NCBI GenBank assembly: GCA_965202985.1
Contig: CBDBCF010000001.1
Span: 2,528,001 to 2,592,000, forward strand
Origin: Longimicrobiales bacterium
Lineage (GTDB): Bacteria; Gemmatimonadota; Gemmatimonadetes; Longimicrobiales; Gaopeijiaceae
Reading direction: 5' to 3'
Length of the DNA stretch: 64,000 nucleotides
The translations under genes were made by a program, and so were the position numbers. Each line of letters begins with the position of its first letter. Positions within the stretch are counted from its first letter, which is position 1. The notes below the pieces were generated by a model. The model saw nothing but the letters and a program-made list of their open reading frames with translations. It had not been told where the DNA came from and made no database searches. Shown piece after piece: positions 1 to 10,205 of this stretch.

Positions 1-1
1 G

Positions 2-262
2 GCGATGGCGAGCGGGGCGCCGGTGGTCGGGTATAGGGCCGGGGGACTGCCGGAGGTCGTGCCCGACGGAGAGGCGGGCTACTTGGTCCGGCCCGGCGCC
101 GCAGAGGAAGCCACCGCCGCCGCCGCGCGCATCTTGGGCGACGAAGGCCGCTGGCGGCGCTTCAGCCAAGCCGGGCGGCGGGTGGCGGTGGAGCGCTTCG
201 ATTCCCGGCGGGTCCTGCCGCTGTACGAGGCGTACTACGAGGCCGTGAGGTCGGGAGCGTGA
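2..262 (+). CDS. Glycosyltransferase family 4 (BshA-like), C-terminal part; 5' end outside window
   Basis: AMASGAPVVGYRAGGLPEVV..GYLV is the GT-B/GT4 C-terminal motif; stop overlaps the uppP start. Confidence 0.75.
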   Translation, partial: AMASGAPVVGYRAGGLPEVVPDGEAGYLVRPGAAEEATAAAARILGDEGRWRRFSQAGRRVAVERFDSRRVLPLYEAYYEAVRSGA

Positions 263-1041
263 CTTGGTACGAAAGCGTCTTCCTGGGCTTCCTGCAGGGG
301 GCTACCGAGTTCCTGCCCGTCTCCAGCTCCGGCCACTTGGTCATGGGACAGGCGCTTCTGGGGGTCGAGCAGCCGGGCGTCGGGCTGGAGATCGTCCTTC
401 ACGTGGCGACGCTGGCGTCGGTGCTGACCGTGTACCGCGCGCGGATCGGCGCCTTGGCGGTCGGGGTCGCGCGCGCGGATCGGGAACACCTGCGCTACGC
501 CGGACTGCTGGTGGTGGCCTCTGTGCCTGCCGGGGTCGCCGGCGTCGGGTTCGGCGGATTCTTCGAGTCGCTCTTCGACAGCTTGGCGGCGACGGGGGCG
601 GCGCTCGTCTTCACCGGGTGCGTTCTTTGGACGGCCCGCCGGGCGCTGGCTCGCTCGCCGTCGGCTTCCCCGGACGCCGGCGCGGCGCTGGTCATGGGGT
701 TGGCCCAGGTCTTGGCGATCGTGCCCGGGGTCTCCCGGTCCGGCACGACTGTCGTGGCGGCGCTGTGGAGGGGCGTGGCCCCGGCGGAGGCGGCGGCGTT
801 CTCGTTCCTCATGTCGATCCCCGCCGTGTCCGGGGCTGCGCTGCTCAAGCTACCGGACGCTGCCGCCGCCGGGTTCTCGGCGTCTTCCGGCACCTGGATC
901 GCCGCCGCCGTCGCATGCGTCACGGGCGTGCTCGCGATCCGCGCCTTCCACGCCGTGCTCGATCGTCGCTCCTTCCACCGCTTCGCGCCGTACCTGTGGG
1001 CGGCAGGGGCGATACTGCTTTGGTACGCGGGACGGCCTTGA
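259..1041 (+). CDS. uppP: Undecaprenyl-diphosphate phosphatase (BacA/UppP)
   Basis: LGFLQGATEFLPVSSSGHL and PGVSRSGTT motifs; multi-TM. Confidence 0.95.
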   Translation: MTWYESVFLGFLQGATEFLPVSSSGHLVMGQALLGVEQPGVGLEIVLHVATLASVLTVYRARIGALAVGVARADREHLRYAGLLVVASVPAGVAGVGFGGFFESLFDSLAATGAALVFTGCVLWTARRALARSPSASPDAGAALVMGLAQVLAIVPGVSRSGTTVVAALWRGVAPAEAAAFSFLMSIPAVSGAALLKLPDAAAAGFSASSGTWIAAAVACVTGVLAIRAFHAVLDRRSFHRFAPYLWAAGAILLWYAGRP

Positions 1042-1886
1042 CGACTTCGGCGCGGGTGCCGGGGTCCGCTGGGGCCGCCGCAACGGAGCTCCTGGCCGAA
1101 TGGGAAGGCGTCTCCGTCGGCGAATGGGCCCGCCGACTGGGGGTTGCGACCGCCGAGTTCCACGGGTGCACCGCCTCGACGAGCGACCGCGCCGCCGCGT
1201 TGGTTCGGGCCGGCCAGCCCCTGCCGGTTCTCGTGGTTGCCGACCGCCAGACGGCAGGGCGGGGGCGCCGAGGAAGGCGGTGGACATCGGACTCTCCCAG
1301 CGGGCTCTGGTTCACCGTGGCGCATCCGTTCCCCCCCGCGGGGGCGGTGCTCCCGCTCCGGGTCGGGCTTGCGGTGGCGCGTGCGCTGGAATCGGTCGAG
1401 CCCGGCATCCGAGTGCAGGTCAAGTGGCCCAACGATCTCCTGATCGCGGGAGGCAAGCTGGGGGGCGTGCTGTGCGAGCGGGTGAGCGACGCAGCCCTAG
1501 TCGGGGTCGGCCTCAACCTCAACCACCCCCAGGACGCGTTGCCGACGGGACCTGAACTGCGCGCCACCTCCATTGCCGCGGAGGTTGGCCGGACCGTGTC
1601 TCGGGGTCGGGTTCTGGAGGCCGTCCGGGATGCGATGGAGGTCGTGTGGCGCCGGCGGGCAAGCGCCATTCCGCCGCCCGAGCGGACCGCCCTGGAACGC
1701 CGTTCGCCCTTGACGGGCCGCCCGGTCGCTGTCGAAGGGGTGATCCGCCTTCGTTCGGGTCGCGCCAAGGCCGTCCGCGGCATGAACGCCGTCGGAGGCC
1801 GCCTGTGCTCCGACGGCTCCCTGGAGCTTGTGGACGCCGCCGGCGCTCGGGTGCGCCTGGTCGCCGGCTCGGCCCGCCCGCGATGA
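1038..1886 (+). CDS. birA: Biotin--[acetyl-CoA-carboxylase] ligase
   Basis: QTAGRGRRGRRW, KWPND and KLGGVL motifs within ORF 264..1886; TTG start inferred from TTGA overlap with the uppP stop. Confidence 0.9.
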   Translation: MTTSARVPGSAGAAATELLAEWEGVSVGEWARRLGVATAEFHGCTASTSDRAAALVRAGQPLPVLVVADRQTAGRGRRGRRWTSDSPSGLWFTVAHPFPPAGAVLPLRVGLAVARALESVEPGIRVQVKWPNDLLIAGGKLGGVLCERVSDAALVGVGLNLNHPQDALPTGPELRATSIAAEVGRTVSRGRVLEAVRDAMEVVWRRRASAIPPPERTALERRSPLTGRPVAVEGVIRLRSGRAKAVRGMNAVGGRLCSDGSLELVDAAGARVRLVAGSARPR

Positions 1887-2767
1887 ACCGGTTGCCTGCG
1901 ATGCCTCCCCCCGCGACGACCCATCCGCACCAGGGTGCCGCCGACTGCCAGCTCGTCGCCGACGTGGGCAACACCGAAACCGCCTTCGGCTTGGTCAGTC
2001 TGTGCGGCACCGAAGTCTTCGACCACTGGCGCGTCAGCACTGGCGTGCAGAGGACCGAGGCCGAGTACCAAGTCCTTCTCGCCGCCCTCTTGTCCAGAGG
2101 GACCCGGCGGCCGGCCAGCGCCCCGCCGATCGCCGTCCGCCGAGCGGTCGTGGGCTCGGTGGTTCCCGCCGCCGCTCCGGCCCTGGAATCGGCCCTGTCC
2201 TCGCTGCTGGACGCGCCGGTCGCGACCGTGACCGCCGAGTCGGACCTGCCGATCGAGCTGGCGGTCGAGGAACCCCTGACGGTCGGCGTGGACCGCATCG
2301 TGAACACGCTGGCCGCCAAGGTTCGCTTCGGCCGGGACACGATCGCCGTGGACCTGGGGACCGCCACCACCTTCGACTGCATCACCGCCGAAGGCGTCTT
2401 CCTGGGAGGGGTCATCGCGCCGGGGGTCGCCGCCGGCCTGGATTGGCTGGCCAAGCGGACGGCCAAGTTGCCCACCGTGGACTTGGCGCCGCCGCGCGCG
2501 GTGACCGGTCGCCGAACGGAGGACTGCATCCGAAGCGGCGTCTTCTACTCCGCCGTGGATTCGGTGAACGGAATCGTCGCCCGCATCAAGGAGGAGTGGC
2601 GCGCCGCCGGTTCCTCGGGCGGCGATCCGCTGGTGGTGGTCACCGGGGGCTTCGCGGCGACGATCGGCCCGCACGCGTCGTCCGTGGACCGCGTCGAGCC
2701 CCTCCTGACGCTGCAGGGCCTGGGGATCGCCGGCACCCATTTGGCCGGCGACTCCGCGGCCGTCTAG
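1883..2767 (+). CDS. coaX: Type III pantothenate kinase
   Basis: DVGNT, VGVDRIVN, VDLGTATT, GGVIAPG and LTLQGL motifs; ATGA overlap with birA. Confidence 0.93.
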   Translation: MNRLPAMPPPATTHPHQGAADCQLVADVGNTETAFGLVSLCGTEVFDHWRVSTGVQRTEAEYQVLLAALLSRGTRRPASAPPIAVRRAVVGSVVPAAAPALESALSSLLDAPVATVTAESDLPIELAVEEPLTVGVDRIVNTLAAKVRFGRDTIAVDLGTATTFDCITAEGVFLGGVIAPGVAAGLDWLAKRTAKLPTVDLAPPRAVTGRRTEDCIRSGVFYSAVDSVNGIVARIKEEWRAAGSSGGDPLVVVTGGFAATIGPHASSVDRVEPLLTLQGLGIAGTHLAGDSAAV

Positions 2768-3922
2768 CTCGGCCGTCTGGCCGGCGACGGAAGCGCCGTT
2801 GGCCGCCTCGGCCAGCATGGCGTCTCCAGTGTCGCACTCCGCTACGGCGTAGCCCACCTGGAGCAGCTGCTCGGGACCCATTGCCGCCACCAGCCTCTCC
2901 AAGCGCTTCGCCGTCTCCGCCCCGAACTTCCGCGACGCCAGACGAAGCACCATCTCCCGGCGACCCCGCGCCACGCCCTGCTTCACGCCCGTGCGCTGTT
3001 GTTCCTCCACCCACTGCTCGTACGTCTGTTCCATCTTCGGCGCCTCCTCTGGTTGAATGATCTGTTGCTCGACGACCCGCCTCCGCTCCGTCGGCACGCC
3101 CGCCGCGCGCATCCGCTCGTCCGTCCACTTCGCGAACGCCCGGCGCGCCGACGCCTGCTCCTCCCCGGCCCACTGCTCCGCCAACGAGGCGTGCACCCGC
3201 CGAAAGGCGTCCCACGGCTTCCGCTCCAGCGCGCCCAGCCAGCCCAGCAACGAGTCCTCCGGCAGCAAGTCTTGCGCCGACGCCGACTGCAAGTCAAGCA
3301 CTTCGTAGCTGTGCGTGCTCGCGCCGGCGTCGGCCCAGACCGCACCGGGCGGCGGCTGCGGCGTCAGCGTCAGAGCGGCCAAGCTGGTCGCGGCGGTCCA
3401 GGGCTCCGGGCCGGTGTGGAGGACGCGGGCGAGAACGAGGGGCACGGAGCCGTCCGAGTCCAGCATCTTCGGGTTGGCGCGCAGCATCTCGATCGTCCCG
3501 GTGGCGTAGGCCAGGGTGCGAAGCGCCATGTCGGGGTCGTGGGAGGACTGGAACTCGACGAGGAAGACGACCGAGGCGGTGCTGTCCTTGAACCAGACCC
3601 TTACCGCGAGGTCGGCCAGCCTGCGCTCGAGCCCTGGGGAGATCGTCTCGGTGGGGACGAGTTCGGCGGTGTCGAGGTCGAGGACGTCGTGGCCTCCGGC
3701 GGCGAGGAAGTCTCGGATCAGGGACTTGATGGCCACATCGTGGGCGAAGAGGGCCTTGTAGGTCTGGTCGTGGGGACGGCGCTCGCGCCGGCTGGGACCG
3801 GCGTCGGGCGGGTCCGGGGCGTCATTGGACGGGTCCGGGGTCTCGCCGGCGGTGGCCTCGTCGGGGGAGCGGAGAGCGTCGCTAGCGCTGGGGGATCGGG
3901 GTTCGCTGCGGGGTCGGTCCAT
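2764..3922 (-). CDS. Rpn family recombination-promoting nuclease (YhgA-like PD-(D/E)XK); no in-frame stop at the expected 3' end
   Basis: HDQTYKALF, LADLAVRV, LVEFQSSHDPDMALR and HTGPEPW motifs; C-terminal RKFG helical domain; ATG at 3922; the frame continues antisense to 920. Confidence 0.8.
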
Positions 3923-4182
3923 CTGGACGAGCGGCCTTTCTCGAGTGGGTCTCGTGCCGCCTCTCCGGGGCGGATACCCAAACGATGGGGCCGAAATCGG
4001 GGCGTTTGGATAGCTGTTTGAGCCCGACTTTGCAGCGGCCGCCCGCGAGTCCGCGCCACGCCATTGGGGCGCAACGGATTTCGCGCGTTCCGGGCGACGG
4101 AACTTCGCGCACCCGCGTCGCCCAAAACATGCCCATCTCCCCGCCCGAAACGCCCTCCCCCTCGCCCGACCTCTCCCCCCGC

Positions 4183-4211
4183 TTGACACGTCGCGCCGCC
4201 TTCCCCATCGT
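4183..4211 (+). promoter_or_regulatory. sigma70-type promoter of groESL
   Basis: TTGACA (4183-4188), 17-bp spacer, CATCGT (4206-4211), directly upstream of CIRCE. Confidence 0.65.
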
Positions 4212-4214
4212 TCT

Positions 4215-4245
4215 TGCTAGCACTCGCACGGATTGAGTGCTAGCA
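4215..4245. promoter_or_regulatory. CIRCE element (HrcA operator)
   Basis: TGCTAGCACTC-N9-GAGTGCTAGCA inverted repeat matching TTAGCACTC-N9-GAGTGCTAA, upstream of groES. Confidence 0.95.
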
Positions 4246-4314
4246 GTCGCGGCTCCGGGCGGAACGCGCGCCGGCCGGCCGCGCAAACCCATACTTCTCG
4301 CAAGGAGGAAGCGC

Positions 4315-4617
4315 ATGTCTGCCGCAGACAAGATCCAGCCTTTGGCGGATCGCGTGGTGGTGAAGGCCTTGGAAGAGGCCGAGCAGATGCGGGGTGGCCT
4401 GTACATCCCCGACACCGCCAAGGAGAAGCCCCAGGAGGGCGAGGTCGTCGCCGTGGGTCCCGGCAAGCTGTCCGACGACGGCAACCGGGTCCCCATGGAG
4501 GTGGCCGCCGGAAACCGCGTGCTGTACGGCAAGTACAGCGGCACCGAGGTCAAGGTGGACGGAGACGACTACCTGATCCTTCGGGAGTCCGACATCCTCG
4601 CCATCGTCACCAACTAA
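4315..4617 (+). CDS. groES: Co-chaperonin GroES
   Basis: [44 protein letters not shown] before ATG 4315. Confidence 0.98.
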   Translation: MSAADKIQPLADRVVVKALEEAEQMRGGLYIPDTAKEKPQEGEVVAVGPGKLSDDGNRVPMEVAAGNRVLYGKYSGTEVKVDGDDYLILRESDILAIVTN

Positions 4618-4641
4618 CCCACGCCAGGAGACAAGAGACAC

Positions 4642-6276
<1,635 letters not shown>

Positions 6277-6302
6277 GCAGCACGGCCGTCCAAGGCTAGG
6301 CA

Positions 6303-6359
6303 GGAACCGGGCCGGGGCGTCCTCCCGTCTTTTCGAGGGGACGTTCCGGCGCCGGTTTC
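6303..6359 (+). terminator. Long GC-rich hairpin after groEL (possible terminator or stabiliser)
   Basis: GGAACCGG-GCCGGGGCGTCCTC ... GAGGGGACGTTCCGGCGCCGGTTTC imperfect inverted repeat; no clear U-tract. Confidence 0.4.
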
Positions 6360-6493
6360 GGCCTCCGTCCTACGGGGTCCGGGGCATGAACGACGCTCCG
6401 GGCCCCGTTCTGCGTTTGGGCGTGGCGGGTCGCGGACAGTGCGCTATACTTTCCGTCCGTCCGAGCAAGCCTCCCACCTTCAGGAGCGCGCCC

Positions 6494-8659
6494 GTGGCCG
6501 TAACGATCACGCGAGGAACCAACGACGTGCCGGTCGCCAGCCAAGCACTGGCCGAGGTCATGGCTGGACTCCCCGGTCTATCGGGGAAGCTCTTTCTCGG
6601 GTACCCCGTAGTCGCCACACTCGACGGCCCTCTTGCGATCGACGCCCTGTGGGCCTCGAGGGAGGCAGGCTTCGTGCTCTTCGACCTAGTCGAGGGGGCC
6701 GACTGGGCAGGACACGACCGACGTCAGGAGAACCTCGGCAACGTCGTGGAGGCCAAGCTGCGGTTCCATAGCGAGCTGGTCGCGCGTTCCGATCAGGGCA
6801 GGGTCCTCCTAGTTCCCGTGCACACGCTGACGTTTGCGCCCGGCGTTTCCCGACTGCCCCACGACTCCGCTGCCGACTTCCCGCTCGCGAACCGGGAAAC
6901 CCTCCCGCAGGTCCTGGACCAGCTTCGATGGACCACCAACGGAGGGGACCGCGAGTTCCGCGTCGCGCTTTCCGATATCGAGAACGTCTCGACGATCCGG
7001 CGGACTGGTCGCGAACATCGCCCCGAACGACCGGATTCGCGGGGAGCCAAGTTGCGCAAGCTGGAAGACTCGGTGGCGACGCTGGACACGCACCAAAACA
7101 ATGCGATCGTCGAGACGACGGACGGCGTTCAGCGAATCCGCGGCCTTGCCGGCTCGGGCAAGTCGATCGTTCTCGCCCTCAAGGCGGCCTACCTCCACGC
7201 CCGACACCCCGACTGGCGAATCTGCGTCACCTTCCAGACGCGCTCCCTGAAGCTGTTCTTTCACCAGCTGATCACCGACGCCTTCGTGTCCCAGACGAAG
7301 GCGATGCCGGACTGGCAAAGCCTGCGCGTCGTCAACGCATGGGGCGCACCAGGCGACAAGGAGCGGGACGGCGTGTACCACCAGTTCTGCACGGCACACG
7401 GTCTACGCTACCATGACTTCACGACTGCGAAGATGACCTTTGGTGCCACGGGCGCATTCAACGGCGCATGCAAGCTTGCGCTGAAAGAAGCAAAATCCAC
7501 GCACGACCTCTACGACGTAGTCCTGGTCGACGAGGCCCAGGATCTTCCTCCTGCGTTCCTACGCATCTGCTATGAACTCCTGACGAAGGACAAGAGGTTG
7601 GTCTACGCCTACGACGAACTTCAAAACCTGGGCCGCGCTTCGATGCCGGCACTGGAAGAGATATTCGGGCAAGACGTGCGTCGCCCGACCGATTCGACTT
7701 CCCACGACATCGTGCTGAAGAAGTGCTACCGCAACTCGCGGCTCGTTCTCGTCACCGCGCACGCCCTCGGTTTCGGCGTTCACCGAAAGCCGGACGAGAC
7801 GACACGCACGGGCATCGTGCAGATCTTCGACGACACGCAGATGTGGCACGACACCGGCTACCGTGCCAAAAACGGCGAAATCCGCGACGGGCAGCGGGTC
7901 GTGCTTGCCAGGACAGCCGAGACCAGTCCATTGTTTCTAGAAAAGCACTCTCCCCCCGAGGACTTGGTGCAGTTTGTCTCCTTCGAGACCGATGACGAAC
8001 AGGTGGAATGGGTAGCGGAGCAGGTGGCGCGGAACATCCGCAATGACGAACTGCGGCCGGACGACATCGTGGTAATCAACCCGGATCCGTTCTCGACTTC
8101 TGCCGCCGTCGGGCCGATCCGCGCACTGTTGCACGACAATAAGATTGAGCATCATCTGGCCGGCATCGACACGGACGCGGACATCTTTCGACAACCCGAC
8201 TCCGTGACCTTCACCGGCATCCATCGAGCCAAGGGCAACGAGTTCGGCATGGTGTACGTGATCAACGCTCACGAGTGCTACTCGGCCCAATACGGCTTGG
8301 CCCGGATACGGAATCGCCTGTTCACGGCGATCACGCGAAGCAAGGCGTGGGTGCGCGTATGCGGCGTCGGCGACGACATGAAGCGGCTGATGGAAGAGTT
8401 CGCGAAGCTGCGCGCCGAGGACTACGAGCTGCGCTTCGTTTATCCGACCGCACAAGAGCGCGCCGGGATGCGCGTCGTGCATCGCGATCGGTCGAGCGCA
8501 GACATCAAGCGCGTCGAGAGGCACAAGAGCAACTTGTCGCAACTCATGGAAGACCTGAAGTCGGGCAGGGTCTACAGGGAGGACCTGCCGGAGATCGGAA
8601 AGGAGATGCGGGAACTGCTCGCGGTGAGGGAAGGGAAGCGTCGCGATGACCAGCGCTGA
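6494..8659 (+). CDS. Superfamily I (UvrD-like) helicase; component of a Helicase+DUF2290 antiphage system
   Basis: GLAGSGKS, VDEAQD, CYRN, IHRAKGNE and LFTAITRSK motifs; GTG 6494 after AGGAG; coupled to the DUF2290 gene. Confidence 0.85.
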   Translation: MAVTITRGTNDVPVASQALAEVMAGLPGLSGKLFLGYPVVATLDGPLAIDALWASREAGFVLFDLVEGADWAGHDRRQENLGNVVEAKLRFHSELVARSDQGRVLLVPVHTLTFAPGVSRLPHDSAADFPLANRETLPQVLDQLRWTTNGGDREFRVALSDIENVSTIRRTGREHRPERPDSRGAKLRKLEDSVATLDTHQNNAIVETTDGVQRIRGLAGSGKSIVLALKAAYLHARHPDWRICVTFQTRSLKLFFHQLITDAFVSQTKAMPDWQSLRVVNAWGAPGDKERDGVYHQFCTAHGLRYHDFTTAKMTFGATGAFNGACKLALKEAKSTHDLYDVVLVDEAQDLPPAFLRICYELLTKDKRLVYAYDELQNLGRASMPALEEIFGQDVRRPTDSTSHDIVLKKCYRNSRLVLVTAHALGFGVHRKPDETTRTGIVQIFDDTQMWHDTGYRAKNGEIRDGQRVVLARTAETSPLFLEKHSPPEDLVQFVSFETDDEQVEWVAEQVARNIRNDELRPDDIVVINPDPFSTSAAVGPIRALLHDNKIEHHLAGIDTDADIFRQPDSVTFTGIHRAKGNEFGMVYVINAHECYSAQYGLARIRNRLFTAITRSKAWVRVCGVGDDMKRLMEEFAKLRAEDYELRFVYPTAQERAGMRVVHRDRSSADIKRVERHKSNLSQLMEDLKSGRVYREDLPEIGKEMRELLAVREGKRRDDQR

Positions 8660-9311
8660 AGGCACGGTCAGCCGCGTTAACGGACTTCTTCGCTACCTTG
8701 GCAAGGTGGGCATTGCGCGTCACTACCAGCGGGCCGTACTCCACCGGGACGGGCGAGTTGCCCAGGTGTCGTTTCCGGGTGCCGAGCATGTGTCGGTGGC
8801 GATGAAGGATCAGGATTATCGGCGAACCTACCGACGCTTCTTGACAGAGCGGGCCTACTCCGCCGTCATGTTGGACAACGCGATCTTGCAGATCATGTAC
8901 CGGTTCAACGGACGCGAACTGGCGGCCCACCGATTGGCGTTCTTTCCGGCTCCGAAGCTGGACGAGTTTCAAAACGCGCCGGACTGGTACTTGCGCGACG
9001 ACGTGTTCGTCGATGTAGTGGCAAGGGCCACGACACCGACGCTCGTCCGATTTGACTACGATGCCAGCGAAGAACGCCATCGGCCAGTGATCCACTCCAA
9101 GTCGCATCTCACGCTCGGACGCTACGAGGGCTGTAGAATCCCCGTCTCGGCGCCGCTGACGCCCTACCGCTTCATGGACTTCGTGTTGCGAAGCTTCTAC
9201 GACACGCCGACGAGGCGCTACTCCAACGACCTGCCGCGAAGCACGGCGCGCTCTGACGATACCATCGACGCGAGGGAGCAGGACGTGCTACACGTGGCGG
9301 TGCCGGCGTAG
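8646..9311 (+). CDS. DUF2290 domain protein
   Basis: HRLAFFPAP, VRFDYD and HSKSHLTLGRYEGCRIPVSAPLTP motifs typical of DUF2290. Confidence 0.8.
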   Translation: MTSAEGTVSRVNGLLRYLGKVGIARHYQRAVLHRDGRVAQVSFPGAEHVSVAMKDQDYRRTYRRFLTERAYSAVMLDNAILQIMYRFNGRELAAHRLAFFPAPKLDEFQNAPDWYLRDDVFVDVVARATTPTLVRFDYDASEERHRPVIHSKSHLTLGRYEGCRIPVSAPLTPYRFMDFVLRSFYDTPTRRYSNDLPRSTARSDDTIDAREQDVLHVAVPA

Positions 9312-9317
9312 GGGGCC

Positions 9318-10205
9318 GTGGTCAGAGGCGGCGTGGACCCGGGACGAAGCTTGCGGCCTGCTGAGGTAAGGGTTGCTCGCGGCGGTGCCAACCGGGTGCG
9401 GACGGCTGGGAAAGGGGTGTCCGCAAAAGGGCGAATGTCCAATGACCCGTTCTGCTCCGTATTGCGTTATCCTTGGCAGCGATCGGAACGTCGGACACAA
9501 CGGAACAGCAGTTCCGACCGTCATGGATGTTCTCTGCTACCGACTCGGATAACGACCGGAGGAGCTGTCCTACGCCGTCGAGTCCTAGGCTTGGCACGAC
9601 GAGCGTTCTACGATATCAAGACGGAGGACGTAAAGTGGAAAACAGTGGGGTTCGTCTTCCGATGGAAATACGATTCCGAGTGTCACGGAAAGCTAATCGA
9701 CGTTCCGGCATTAACAACCAGAGCACTCAAAAATGGAAGTACACGGACAGACAACCAACGACATACGGAAATTGTCCGTCAGCATTATCTGACAATAGCA
9801 TGTTGGACTTGGCGTAAACCGCCCGTCAATGCATTGTCCCGGATATCGGTTTGTGGATACATATTTAGAATAGAAGGTTTTGTGGCAGATACGCCAGCCG
9901 GAACAAAGTATCCACTGAATCTCGACCGGGATCCGCACAATTTCTCGCTCGCCGATGCTCTTGAATTGCAGGATCAGCTTGCTCGGTTGTTGACGATTGT
10001 TCGTAGGTGTGAGAAGGGTGGTATCCTTGCGACAGCAAACAGCAGAGAGCTGTTGGAGCACGGCAGAGCCCGCACCGAAAGAAGGCTCTTGGCTTACGTA
10101 CAGTGTGCGCACATTGGAGAGCGATACGGGCAAATGCGCGGGGCCGGGCGACGAATTCATCGAGGAACTGATGGATATGCTCGACTGATGGAACACTCGT
10201 CATGA
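9318..10205 (+). other. Low-GC region with an uncharacterised, possibly frameshifted ORF
   Basis: Visibly more AT-rich than its flanks; protein-like stretches in the 9318 frame and a plausible C-terminus (DEFIEELMDMLD*) in another frame ending at 10188. Confidence 0.35.

Noticed and set aside
920..4189. 1,089-aa ORF as a real fusion protein
   Set aside because: Only ~3922-2764 is Rpn-like; the rest is antisense to coaX and birA
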